A DNA stretch of 64,000 bases from Trueperaceae bacterium (GTDB lineage: Bacteria > Deinococcota > Deinococci > Deinococcales > Trueperaceae), in assembly GCA_965215565.1 (NCBI GenBank), contig CBDCDZ010000004.1, positions 736,001 through 800,000 on the forward strand. Reading direction: 5' to 3'. The notes under the pieces are model-generated. The model was not told the origin of the DNA and did no database searches. It worked only from the letters and a program-made list of their open reading frames with translations. The position numbers and the translations under genes are program-made. Each line of letters starts with the position of its first letter. Within the stretch, counting starts at the first letter, position 1. Positions 31,661-41,232 of the stretch are shown piece after piece.

Positions 31661-32851
31661 GTGGCGCAACCTCTTATCTTCTTCCCTACAGTTGCCGCCG
31701 GCGGTGGACACGTGGCGACAGCACGGGCGATGGCGCAGGCAGTAGAGGCGCATTATCCGGGCGCGTTTCGCACTGAAGTGTCGGACTATATGCTCGAGCT
31801 GGGCGAACGGCATCCTGACATCCACACCCTCGACGCGCAGCATAAAGCCTCGTGGCGGGTTGCGCTCAAGTATCCCCTGCTCGCCCGCTACGGACAGCAC
31901 GCGCTCGACGCCTTCCCCGCGCTCACGCGCGCCGTTCAGCGGAGGCAACTACGCCCCTTCGCGGCGCACGCGGCTAAGGATTTGCGCGCGCGCGCGCCCG
32001 CGCTCGTCGTCGCGAACCATCCCTTTTTGGCGGTAGGACTCGCGCAAGCGCAACGACTGGAAGGCTCCGCTGCGCTCGGCGTTCCTATTATCACCTTCGC
32101 CACCGAGCCTCTGGACGCGAGCGCGCTCTGGGCTGAGCCCCGTGCGGCACGCTTCGCCGTGCCTTCAGAAGCCGCGCGACGTGACCTCACGCGCATGGGC
32201 GTTCCGGGTCACAAGGTGGACCTCGTCGGCTATCCGGTGCAGCAACCCTTTCTGAACGCGCCTAACCGAAGGGAAGTGAGGCGGGCGCTAGGGCTCGCGG
32301 ACGCCTTCACCTGCCTCGTATCGCTGGGCGGCGAGGGTGTGGGCGGACAGGTCGTGCAGGTGGTGCGCGCGCTCCTAAGCTTGAACGTACACGCCGTGGT
32401 TATCACCGGGCATAATAAGAAGTTGAGGCGGAGGCTCGAGTCCTTGGAGCACCCTCACCTCACCGTCAAGGGCTTCGTCGCAAACATGGCGGACTATTTA
32501 GCCGCATGTGACCTCGTGGTGGGCAAAGCCGGACCCGCCTCGGTGATGGAGGCGCTCGCGGTGGGCAGACCCGTCCTCGCCACAAGTTACGCCGGTCTCA
32601 ACGAGCGTAAGCTCATCCGTTTTTTAGAGGAGCGGCGCTTAGGGGGCTACGTGCCCGATCTAGAACGCTTAGTACGGGAGGTTGCGCGCTACCGGGCGTC
32701 ACCCGAACTGTTGCAGGGCGTGGCGGAGCACTGCGCCGCGCTCGGCTTGCCAGAGATGACCGAGCGGCTCGCGCACTACCTATCGCGCGCGGCGACGCGG
32801 GGGCTGAGCGGAAAGGGGCTCGAAGGGCGGGGGTTGGATAGCCTCGACTGA
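31661..32851 (+). CDS. MGDG synthase-like glycosyltransferase (GT28)
   Basis: [25 protein letters not shown]. Confidence 0.82.
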   Translation: MAQPLIFFPTVAAGGGHVATARAMAQAVEAHYPGAFRTEVSDYMLELGERHPDIHTLDAQHKASWRVALKYPLLARYGQHALDAFPALTRAVQRRQLRPFAAHAAKDLRARAPALVVANHPFLAVGLAQAQRLEGSAALGVPIITFATEPLDASALWAEPRAARFAVPSEAARRDLTRMGVPGHKVDLVGYPVQQPFLNAPNRREVRRALGLADAFTCLVSLGGEGVGGQVVQVVRALLSLNVHAVVITGHNKKLRRRLESLEHPHLTVKGFVANMADYLAACDLVVGKAGPASVMEALAVGRPVLATSYAGLNERKLIRFLEERRLGGYVPDLERLVREVARYRASPELLQGVAEHCAALGLPEMTERLAHYLSRAATRGLSGKGLEGRGLDSLD

Positions 32852-32980
32852 GGTCACGCGCACCGCGCCCTGCTCGGACCAGCCCACGGCAATAGGCTTG
32901 CCCTTTAGCTCAGGAGTATCTCTCTGCTCGACGTCGGCGTAGAAGGCGTGGCAGTCAACGTGGAGGATGCGGTGGGGCAT
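32849..32980 (-). pseudogene. dinB: DNA polymerase IV (DinB) N-terminal fragment
   Basis: [33 protein letters not shown]; similarity ends after about 44 codons, at the 3' end of the convergent gene. Confidence 0.8.
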
Positions 32981-32985
32981 TGGTT

Positions 32986-33096
32986 TAGCAGTACCACAAC
33001 ACACTGAGACAGAGTGTTGCAGGTATCATCTCTGAATGTGCGTACTGGCGCACGTCGTCAACAGTGGGAGTGTCTCAGACCAGATGATACTTGCTA
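32986..33096 (+). mobile_element. MITE family A, copy 1 (111 bp, apparently uninterrupted)
   Basis: TAGCAGTACC...CTGAGAC...GCAGGTATCATCT...GAATGTGCGT...GACCAGATGATACTTGCTA. Confidence 0.75.
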
Positions 33097-33152
33097 GTTT
33101 ATAGCGGATGCGCTCGTAGGCTGAGGAGTGCGGCTGAGTGTCAGGCGAACTA

Positions 33153-33537
33153 ATACGGCTCCCGATTAGTTACTACATAAACTCCAACGAAGCGCGTAGC
33201 GTCGGAGTTGGAATTTATTCCGTCTCCTTCGGAGGTACTTCGTGAAACTCATCGGAATCCGTATTCTTTTCAGCTTACAGAGAGTCCTCAACCGCTAGCG
33301 GGAGCGAACTAGCCCCAACGGCTAGCGGAAGCGGTTTCCTTCGGTTACGAAGTTTTCGCTCTAGCGAAAAGTGCTACGCGAACCACGCGACGCGGGCACA
33401 GGTTACGGTCACTTCGTGGAACTGCGCGATCACAGACCGGACGCGACTGGCCCAGGTCAAGGCTGAGAGCCTCGGAGCCCTTGGCTCTAACCTGTGCCCG
33501 TTCTAGGGTCCACGCGACTGCGTATCATGCCGTTATA
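33153..33537. repeat. Composite repeat: family C (Deinococcus SNR-like) with nested inserts, including family D IR 33393-33500
   Basis: ATACGG...ATCGGAATCCGTAT; blocks GAGAGTCCTCAACCG and GCGTATCATGCCGTTAT are shared with 56886-57072; 13-bp IR CGGGCACAGGTTA/TAACCTGTGCCCG. Confidence 0.7.
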
Positions 33538-34065
33538 GATTGCTCAGATTGGCTATTTGTTGATGTTACCCAGGTTAGAACAAAGCTCTATAGACACAGG
33601 TCAGAGCGAAGCTCAAAGGCCTTCAGCCTTCAACTGCTTAGCCTTCACCTCACCAGTTGAAGACTCTTTGCTCGGGTTAATTCCTTTAGGAGTTAACTGG
33701 AAACGGTATAAGTTCTTATGCGGCGAACGCGCGCATCACACGCCTAATGACTCGTTCACCAAATCCCGCACTCTTCGTGTGATTGAACTCTTTTATCTCT
33801 GACGCTAGACGGTAAAGAAGAACTTGACAACGAATCTAATAAATGCACCAAGAAGGGCTCTGTAGACCACACCACGTTACGTAGGTCATTTGGTAAAACA
33901 AAGGTGCTGAGGCGCACTCCGACACACCCGCGCCTTACAGTTGGACTTGAGTAAGGTACAGCGTCAGGTGCAGCCTGGTTGAAGCTCCCTGCAGAGAGCT
34001 TGCTTCTAACCCAGCAGCCCGTTACACTCTCCATAACTCTATGTTCCATTGGAAAGGCGGCGCGC

Positions 34066-34923
34066 ATGATTCCAACTCAAGTTTTTGGTCGTAGCGAGCA
34101 TAGGAGCACGCGTACGATCTTCGGTGCCGCCGCGCTCAGCGAGGTCACACAAGCCGAAGCGGACAAGACGATGGAGCTTGTGATGCACTACGGCGTCAAC
34201 CACATCGACGTAGCAGCTAGCTACGGCGAGGCGGAGGTGCGCTTGGCTCCTTGGCTCGAGCAGCACCGCAAAGACATCTTTCTCGCCACCAAGACCGGCG
34301 CGCGGGACTACGCGGCGGCGCGAGACGAGATCAGGCGCTCGCTCGAGCGCCTACGGGTAGACCACGTCGATCTCATCCAGCTTCACAACCTTGTTGACCC
34401 TAAGGAGTGGGAGGTTGCGCTCGGACCAGGCGGAGCCTTAGAAGCCTCTATAGAGGCGCGTGACGAGGGACTGGTGCGCTTTATCGGCGTGACGGGGCAC
34501 GGCGTTGAGGTCGCGGCGAGGCATAGGGCGAGCCTAGAACGCTTTGACTTCGACTCGGTCTTACTGCCTTACAGCTATATCATGATGCAAAATCCTCGCT
34601 ACGCCGCCGACTTTGAAGCGCTCGTGTCCCTGTGCGAGGCGCGGAACGTGGCGGTGCAAACTATCAAGGCGGTGACGCGGGCACCGTGGGGCGACAAGAC
34701 GCAAACGCGCGCCACCTGGTACGAACCGCTCGAAGAACAAGTTGATATCGATACGACCGTGCACTGGGTACTCGGGCGCGCCGGGTTTTTTCTCAACACC
34801 GTAGGCGATATTCAGGTTTTACCTAAGGTGCTGGACGCGGCAAGCCGTTTTGAGACGGGGCCGACCAATGCAGAGATGCAGGCAGTGGTGGAGAAGCAGA
34901 AGATGGAGCCACTGTTCACCTAA
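34066..34923 (+). CDS. Aldo/keto reductase
   Basis: [44 protein letters not shown] at 34066 after GGAAAGG. Confidence 0.9.
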   Translation: MIPTQVFGRSEHRSTRTIFGAAALSEVTQAEADKTMELVMHYGVNHIDVAASYGEAEVRLAPWLEQHRKDIFLATKTGARDYAAARDEIRRSLERLRVDHVDLIQLHNLVDPKEWEVALGPGGALEASIEARDEGLVRFIGVTGHGVEVAARHRASLERFDFDSVLLPYSYIMMQNPRYAADFEALVSLCEARNVAVQTIKAVTRAPWGDKTQTRATWYEPLEEQVDIDTTVHWVLGRAGFFLNTVGDIQVLPKVLDAASRFETGPTNAEMQAVVEKQKMEPLFT

Positions 34924-35120
34924 ATTTATCTAGCCACCGTTCTCCCTTTCGAGCAGGGGCTCAAAAGGGGATGGTCTGCATCCTGACTTGCGGCAATTTT
35001 CTGCAGAACAGTGTGTAACTGGCTGGCGAGCGACGTGGCGAAAAGTTTGGTAGATAAAGAGGATGTGGTGGAAACGGCGTATGGGTTAGCAAAAAGGACG
35101 TATAAATCAGGAGAGGGTTG

Positions 35121-35567
35121 ATGTTGAAACTTATAGATGTACCTGCTGCTCAAAACGAGCCTGATAAAGTTCGCCTGACGCTTCCCGACATCTCGCAACG
35201 GCTCAAAGCCGCGCTTTCGCAGCTACCTGAATGTGAACTCGTGGTGGGCATCGCGACGGGCGGTACGGTTTTGGCGAGTCTGGCGGCGCATGAACTCGCG
35301 CTACCCCTTAAACTTATCCGCATCAACTACCGCGCCGAGGACAACACGCCGCAACGCGCAAAGCCGACGCTACTCCAACCTTTTGAGCTAACGGGACAGC
35401 CGCGCATTCTACTTGTAGACGATGTCAGTGTGACGGGCGCGACATTTCGGGTGGCGATCACTTTGCTCGAGGTTTACGAGGTTACAACGTTAGTCCTTAA
35501 AGGTCGGGCGGATAGCGTGCTCTACCCCGAGGTGACGCGCTGCGTGTTGCTGCCGTGGCGCGACTAA
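35121..35567 (+). CDS. Type I phosphoribosyltransferase family protein
   Basis: ILLVDDVSVTGAT PRPP-binding loop; GIATGG. Confidence 0.8.
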   Translation: MLKLIDVPAAQNEPDKVRLTLPDISQRLKAALSQLPECELVVGIATGGTVLASLAAHELALPLKLIRINYRAEDNTPQRAKPTLLQPFELTGQPRILLVDDVSVTGATFRVAITLLEVYEVTTLVLKGRADSVLYPEVTRCVLLPWRD

Positions 35568-35722
35568 AGTAGATGTGGTCATTTTTTGGTAACTCTACGG
35601 GCCCTTTGTGTCGTAAACCCTTCTGCGAGAGATGCGCGCGTTCGTCGCACAACAGTTCATCTTGAAAATTCGCTGCATATCAATTCAGCTCTCTACCCTC
35701 TTAGAGGGTGTCTGGGAAGGGT

Positions 35723-36701
35723 CTATCTCTTGGATTTTGCGAGCCTTGTCAACATCGAACGTACCATAGCAGCGTAGATCAAGGCTTCACTACTTTGGGG
35801 CAGGCGCTCGTAGTCTTTGCTGTGGCGTCTATGACGGCTAATCCCAGGTTAGGTACATCGTGCCAGCACTCGAACGGGCAAAGCCCGCCCCTTCGGGGCT
35901 AGTTCTCTGTGATGCTCACCTGTACAAAGGTTCTTTCTACCACCTAGCGTCTAGGCAAGACCTTAAAGGTGCGGTTGCCCTTGAGCATAGCAAGTTGTTC
36001 AGGCGTGAGTTCTTGTCCTTCGGGAAGCCAAAAGCCTCGGATGCCTGCGTAAGCATGTTGCACAATCTCGATGGTCCAGCCTAAGGAGTCCGTGACCCAC
36101 TCTTGGAAGGTGCGCTCCCCCGTCAATAAAGAGGTGGCGAAGTCTACCGAAGCGCCCCTGTAGTGCTTCAAGCAGTTGCTCGCCTCCGGCTGGGTCACTG
36201 ATGTTGGCGGCAAGCACAAGTACGCCCAGAAGTAGCCCTTGCGTATCAACCAGGATGTGTCGCCGTCGCCCTTTAACTTTCTTGCCCCCATCGCACCCTT
36301 TGACGCCGCCTGCTTCAGTGGTCTTAACTGACTGGCTATCAATGACAGACGCGCTTGGCTCAGCCTCTCGCCCTACTCTGACGCGGAGTTGTTCTCGTAA
36401 TTGTCGGTTCATCTCTGCCCATCGTTCATCCAGCTCGACTGGACGTCCCCTCAATGCGCCAAGTGCGGAAGTAGTCATAGACAGTTTTCCACTTCGGCAA
36501 GTCGTGAGGCAACGTCAGGCGTGGTCGCACCCGCTACATACGCCACGCGCAACCGCTGCGCAGCACGTAGAAAATATCGTTCAAGACCTCCCTCACATCA
36601 ACTGAACGCGGTCGTCCACCCGGTCTAGCACTCGGGATAAGCGGCTCGAGGAGTTGCCACTCCCTATCCGTTAGGTCGCTGGGGTATGCTGGTCTGGTCA
36701 T
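35723..36701 (-). pseudogene. IS5-family DDE transposase pseudogene
   Basis: MTRPAYPSDLTDREW...GCAWRM / [14 protein letters not shown] / IDSQSVKT / KKVKGRRRHILVDTQG / RR*VVERTF / KDYER; broken by 24-, 22- and 78-bp insertions, a frameshift near 36118 and a TGG>TAG stop. Confidence 0.9.
35845..35922. mobile_element. 78-bp MITE (family D) inserted into the IS5 transposase
   Basis: CAGGTTAG...CTCACCTG inverted ends; interrupts the conserved ERTF-x-W-ISR segment. Confidence 0.7.
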
Positions 36702-37017
36702 AAGCTGAGTCTAAAAGACTCACGCTGACGCCGCTTTCTTCCTCAATTTGGGCTTCCCAGACACCCTCTAAGTCCAAATAGACTCGAGTAAGTCTCGTCC
36801 CTCACGTAAGGTGGGCTTGCGAAAAGTGTCCGAACCCATCGATCATATAGGGTTGATGCTCCTTGCTCATTCGGCTTTTTGCTCATTCGCTGGTAGAGGG
36901 CTCGAGCCTGGTTTCGCGCCACAACCAGGATGCCTCCATGAGTATGAGTTGCAAGACTCTTGTGATACGTGTTTTCGGCGTTCAGTTAACTGAACACTCG
37001 AGAGAGAACACTCGCAG

Positions 37018-37533
37018 CTACCTCGCGGGCTCCCACACGACGCCGATATTTTTCAACCGCTCCGAGAGGTCTGACGCCGAGAGAGGACCCGATTTGATCT
37101 CTCGCACTACACCTTCAGCGTCTATAAAAATAGTAGTCGGGACGCCGAACACCTCGTAGCGACGCAGCACATCCGCCGTGGTGTCGAGGTCCAGTTCGGC
37201 GCGTTCGCGGCGAGTGGGCTCGAGTCCCGCCCTTACTGTAATCCCGTGTTCTTCTAAATATGCCGCTGCCGCCTCCGCACTCTCGCTATTGTTGACCAGC
37301 AAAAACGCAACTTCCCCTAAATCGCTGCTCACCCTCTGGAAAGTAGGGAGTTCCTCCAGGCAGGGCAAGCACCACGTCGCCCAGAAGTTGAGCACGGTGG
37401 GCGTACCCGTGAAGTCAGCCAGCGAGACCCTCCTCCCCGCCCGGTCAAGGAGCGCGAAGTCGGGTGCGGGCTCACCTACCTCTTGCGCGGATACGGACGC
37501 GAAAACGAAAAGGATAAGTAGGGAGCGGCGCAT
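37018..37533 (-). CDS. TlpA/ResA-like exported thiol-disulfide oxidoreductase
   Basis: Signal peptide; NFWATWCLPC; GVPTT. Confidence 0.9.
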   Translation of the reverse strand: MRRSLLILFVFASVSAQEVGEPAPDFALLDRAGRRVSLADFTGTPTVLNFWATWCLPCLEELPTFQRVSSDLGEVAFLLVNNSESAEAAAAYLEEHGITVRAGLEPTRRERAELDLDTTADVLRRYEVFGVPTTIFIDAEGVVREIKSGPLSASDLSERLKNIGVVWEPAR

Positions 37534-37536
37534 ACC

Positions 37537-39240
37537 TTACAGGTGCTCTAGCGGGCTCCGCCGCGCCGCCCTCAGCGCAGGTAAAAGCGCGAAGAGCACA
37601 GCTACGGGCAAGAGGACGAGGCCACGCAACCAGTCCGCACGGCTCAGCTCGGGTGTCGGTAAGGTCAAACTCGCTTGAGTTTGAACCGCTTGCCCGACTA
37701 AGGTGACGCCTAAGTACGCCGCGAACACACCTAGCACAATGCCGATGACACTCAACAGCGCAGCCTCTAAGAGCACGCTCCCCGCGACGACGCGCCGCGA
37801 CACGCCCACCGCACGCAGCACCGCCAAGCTCTTCTGCGCCTGCACCGCGCCTGCGTACGTATTGAGCGCCACCGTAATGACTGCTAGTGCCAAGATGATG
37901 TTCGCCAAGAGCCCGTAGGTTTGCCGCCCTTGGCCGAGCAAGCTCAAAAGCCCGTTGATAACGCCGCCCGGAAAGACCGCCTGCACGCCGGGAAGTTCAT
38001 CTAACACGCCGGCAATTTGGTAGAGCGCGCCGAGGTTTTCGGTGGCGTAGAGCACGGCGGTGACCTCTCTGGAGTCGTCGTCACTAAGCGGCGCGTCCGC
38101 GAGGTCGGTGAGCGCCGCGACCTCTTCGGTGCGCGTTTCACTTTCACGCCCAACCTCTTCGAGGGTCAGGGCTAGCGTCTCGCGTTCAGCCGCGTTGATC
38201 TGTAAGAGGTAATCGCCGGGTTCGGTGCGAAACACGTGCGCCGAGAAAATATCTAAGCAGCCCTCGATCTCGTCCTCGCCGAGAGCGAGTTCGGGGCTGA
38301 GCGTTTCGCCGTTCTCATCTGTGAGCGTGAGAATCGCGCTCTGGTCAGCGAAAAAGGCGTAGTCCGCTGCCTCGTCCGCCGTAAAGCGCAGCGCGCCGCC
38401 CCTGTCCGCGCCCACTAGCGCCGACAAAGTCACTTCGTAACGGGTGTGGACCTCACCAATTACATCCAAACTTTCAGGCTCGAGCTTCGCCGTACGCGCT
38501 TCGCCCGCCCCACCCGTCATGTGTGCGCACGCATGGTCCGCGTCTACCGTGCCCGCTTCGGGTAAAAACTGCCCGTGCGAACTCCAGATGGACTCGGTGG
38601 AGGTGTAGACCGCCCGGTCCGAGGGTCCACCCGTCGGCTCCAAAATCCCGACGACGCGGTACTCGTCGGCGTGCATGGTGGGCTCGAAGGTCTGGGTTAC
38701 GCCGTGCGCACTCCTAAAGGTGTCACCTAAACTAAAGCCCGTCTCTCTAGCAACTTGTGCGCCCAAAACAGCTCCAAAGGGGGCTGAGAAGATGGCACCT
38801 CGCTCGAGTTGATAGTAAAGCGGCGCTTGCGGCGCGGTGCGCAGTGCGAAGTACGCGGGCGTCGTGCCGACGAGCGGATAGCCCTGAACGCTGTCGCCAA
38901 AGCCCACAGGCACTGCCCGCTCGGTACGCGGATCGTCTCTTAGCGCGGCGTAGACGCGGTACGGGATGTTACCGACAGGCGCATTCTGGTAGTAGATCGT
39001 ACTCAAGACCGCCTGCGTCTGCGAGCCCTCCGCCGTCACGAGCAAGTCGAAAATCTGCGCTGCCTCGGTTGCGCCGCGTTGAAAGGCGCGGAGGCTCAAG
39101 GGGACGACGAGCGCCAAGCCGACGCCTAAGAGCACGGCGACGACGGTCAAGACGTTGGCGAAGAGGCGCATTCGCAAGGAGCGCAGGAGCACCCAGAGGG
39201 TGAGGCGCAAGTGCTTCAGTCCGGTGGAGAGGCTGGACAT
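37537..39240 (-). CDS. FtsX/MacB-type ABC permease (ZrgC-like) with an extra periplasmic insertion
   Basis: N-terminal TM, VGFGDSVQGYPLVGTT, VVGILEPTGGPSDRAVY, LAVLRAVG, C-terminal TM helices. Confidence 0.82.
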   Translation of the reverse strand: MSSLSTGLKHLRLTLWVLLRSLRMRLFANVLTVVAVLLGVGLALVVPLSLRAFQRGATEAAQIFDLLVTAEGSQTQAVLSTIYYQNAPVGNIPYRVYAALRDDPRTERAVPVGFGDSVQGYPLVGTTPAYFALRTAPQAPLYYQLERGAIFSAPFGAVLGAQVARETGFSLGDTFRSAHGVTQTFEPTMHADEYRVVGILEPTGGPSDRAVYTSTESIWSSHGQFLPEAGTVDADHACAHMTGGAGEARTAKLEPESLDVIGEVHTRYEVTLSALVGADRGGALRFTADEAADYAFFADQSAILTLTDENGETLSPELALGEDEIEGCLDIFSAHVFRTEPGDYLLQINAAERETLALTLEEVGRESETRTEEVAALTDLADAPLSDDDSREVTAVLYATENLGALYQIAGVLDELPGVQAVFPGGVINGLLSLLGQGRQTYGLLANIILALAVITVALNTYAGAVQAQKSLAVLRAVGVSRRVVAGSVLLEAALLSVIGIVLGVFAAYLGVTLVGQAVQTQASLTLPTPELSRADWLRGLVLLPVAVLFALLPALRAARRSPLEHL

Positions 39241-39334
39241 AGACTCCAAAATAGCGTTTTTGTGTCAGTGGGGCGTCAGTCTTGAAGTGAAAACGAACCC
39301 GCACCCCCCCGCGGCACCGCGTGCGTTAGGATGG

Positions 39335-39595
39335 CTATCTCGAGTAATGGTAACGAAGCGATGCAGGCTGCAGTTCGTCACCCTTGATTCGGTAAACCAT
39401 CCGGTGCTCATCGGTGATGCGCCGAGACCACCAGCCAGATAGGTTGTGTTTGAGGGCTTCGGGCTTGCCGATACCCTCGAAAGGAGAACGTTCGACATCT
39501 TTAATCAAGAGGTTGATACGTTTAAGTATCTTCTTGTCTTGCGCGAGCCAGTACAGGTAATCTTCCCAAGCGCTCTCGTGAAAAACGTACTTCAC
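39335..39595 (-). CDS. yoeB: Txe/YoeB-family toxin
   Basis: AWEDYLYW, GIGKPEALKHNLSGWWSRRITDEHRMVY, RYHY. Confidence 0.95.
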   Translation of the reverse strand: MKYVFHESAWEDYLYWLAQDKKILKRINLLIKDVERSPFEGIGKPEALKHNLSGWWSRRITDEHRMVYRIKGDELQPASLRYHYSR

Positions 39596-39849
39596 TCAAG
39601 GAGTGACGTTTTAGTGGTGAGCTTTCGATCTTCGTCGAAATCTTCAGTTGCTCGCAGCAACCGCTCGGCATTTGCAGGACTACGTAAGAGGTACATCGTC
39701 TCCTGCCAAGCGTTCCAATCGTCCAAACTCATCATAACGACGGCTTTGTCGCTCCCTTTCGTGATGATAAGGGGGGTATGGTCATCAACGACATCGTCTA
39801 TCGCGCTAGCTAGGTTTTGCCGTGCGGTTGTGTAGTTTAGCGTTCTCAC
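39592..39849 (-). CDS. yefM: YefM/Axe (Phd-family) antitoxin
   Basis: NYTTARQNL, AVVMMSLDDW, ETMYLLRSPANAERL; 4-nt overlap with the toxin. Confidence 0.95.
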   Translation of the reverse strand: MRTLNYTTARQNLASAIDDVVDDHTPLIITKGSDKAVVMMSLDDWNAWQETMYLLRSPANAERLLRATEDFDEDRKLTTKTSLLE

Positions 39850-39850
39850 A

Positions 39851-39868
39851 TGTACATTCTACTGTACG
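39851..39868 (-). promoter_or_regulatory. yefM-yoeB operator/promoter
   Basis: TGTACA (39851-56) and TGTACG (39863-68), 12 bp apart, straddle a TAGAAT -10; same arrangement as known YefM operators. Confidence 0.7.
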
Positions 39869-39910
39869 TTCGCGAATTGCACAAGCCTTAAACCACTCAC
39901 GCCTCGAGCC

Positions 39911-40570
39911 TCACCCAAGCTCAACCACCTCTTCGAACGCCTCCCTCACCGCCGGGTCATGCGTCGAGACAATTAGAGCAGCGCCGGAGCGCCGCGCCGC
40001 CTGGCGCAAGAGGTCTAAAGCCGCCGCGCCCCGCTCACGGTCGAGGTTCGCCGTAGGCTCATCCGCCAAGAGAACGACGGGGTTTGCAGCCGTCGCCCGC
40101 GCAATCGCCACGCGCTGCCGCTCGCCTGTGGAGAGGCGTCTGGGGAGATGGTTCAACCTGTGCGCTAAGTCGAGGTCGCTCAAGAGGTCTCGCGCCCGCT
40201 CCTTCGCCTCGCCGAGCGGCACGCCAGCGGCAGCGAGCGCGACGATGATGTTTTCTAAGGCGGTGTATCCGTCAATGAGATGTAAGTCTTGAAAGACCAA
40301 GCCGATGTGCTGAGCACGAAAGCGCTCGAGGCGGCGTTGCGGCATCGTCGTTAGACTTTCGCCTGCAATCTCGACTTCGCCCCGCGTCGGCTCTAGAAGC
40401 CCGGCAAGCACATGTAAGAGCGTCGTCTTACCCGAACCACTTGGACCGACTAAAGCGAGTTCTCGGTTCGCGTTCAAGGTTAAGTCGGGCAGTTCGATGT
40501 GGGCATCTTGGGCGTAGTAGACTTCCAAACCTCTTGCCCGCACCCTTACGGAAGCCGAGTCTGTGCTCAC
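39911..40570 (-). CDS. ABC transporter ATP-binding protein (LolD/ZrgB-like); start uncertain (up to 40621)
   Basis: GPSGSGKT, LSTGERQRVAIAR, LADEPT, STHD. Confidence 0.9.
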   Translation of the reverse strand: MSTDSASVRVRARGLEVYYAQDAHIELPDLTLNANRELALVGPSGSGKTTLLHVLAGLLEPTRGEVEIAGESLTTMPQRRLERFRAQHIGLVFQDLHLIDGYTALENIIVALAAAGVPLGEAKERARDLLSDLDLAHRLNHLPRRLSTGERQRVAIARATAANPVVLLADEPTANLDRERGAAALDLLRQAARRSGAALIVSTHDPAVREAFEEVVELG

Positions 40571-40681
40571 CTCTTTACTTGGCCCGCGTGTTTTCACCGT
40601 AGGAAACATCATTATGACCACCTCGAGCTGAAGGGAGCGCTTACAAGACTCGTTGCGTTGATAACCAGATAATACCTGCTG

Positions 40682-41101
40682 CTAACCAGCACGCTCCACC
40701 TTGTCCGCCTGAATGCGGATTTTTGAGACGAAGCCGGTGTCGGGGTCTTTGGCGGTGCCAACTTCCAGGGTGCCTGTGACCTCGAGCGCCCCGAAGATAA
40801 TCGTATCTGTACCGCCCTCGGGTAGTTTCACGTAAACGATATCGGGCGGCCAGTCCGCCTCGGTCTCGCAGAAGGGGCACACGTCCATCGGGTATTTGGT
40901 CAGGACGAAAAAGTCGGCGTCAGGCTTTAAGGGTGGGGCAGCGAAGCCGAGCATCGTGACCGTCTCGCCTGAAGCCGCCTGGAGTTCGGGGGTGAATTCT
41001 TGCGTGTCCATGTCCGCGTAGAGGTCGCCGAAGGTAAAGGTGGGCTGAGCGAAGGACAAACTGAGCGCTAAGAGCGCGAAAGGGAGGGCTAACCGGAACA
41101 T
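40682..41101 (-). CDS. Exported DUF3299/ZrgD-like protein
   Basis: Signal peptide; GETVTMLGFAAP, FFVLTKYPMDVCPFC, LEVTGTLEVG; GAGGTG RBS. Confidence 0.65.
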   Translation of the reverse strand: MFRLALPFALLALSLSFAQPTFTFGDLYADMDTQEFTPELQAASGETVTMLGFAAPPLKPDADFFVLTKYPMDVCPFCETEADWPPDIVYVKLPEGGTDTIIFGALEVTGTLEVGTAKDPDTGFVSKIRIQADKVERAG

Positions 41102-41167
41102 CTCATCACCTCTTCTTCATTGTAAGAAAATTCGCGGACGCTTTGGTCATGTGGGGCTCATGTAGGC

Positions 41168-41206
41168 AAAAGGAGAACCTGAGAGCGCGAAACTCCCAGG
41201 TTTCTT
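41168..41206 (-). terminator. Terminator downstream of the alkaline phosphatase gene
   Basis: Minus strand AACCTGGGAG-TTTCGCG-CTCTCAGGTT followed by CTCCTTTT. Confidence 0.55.
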
Positions 41207-41232
41207 GAGTCAGGTTTCTCGAGTAACAAGGC

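Larger units (their letters stand above)
35704..36768 (-). mobile_element. Degenerate IS5-family insertion sequence
   Basis: Perfect 16-bp TIR GAGGGTGTCTGGGAAG (35704-35719 and 36753-36768) with TA on both flanks. Confidence 0.9.

Noticed and set aside
33557..34060. ORFs 33557-33802 and 33756-34067, and the 33979 start of the aldo/keto reductase
   Set aside because: Atypical composition, no RBS and no recognisable motif
35944..36478. Programmed-frameshift two-ORF active transposase
   Set aside because: Three insertions and a nonsense codon disrupt conserved motifs; this is a pseudogene
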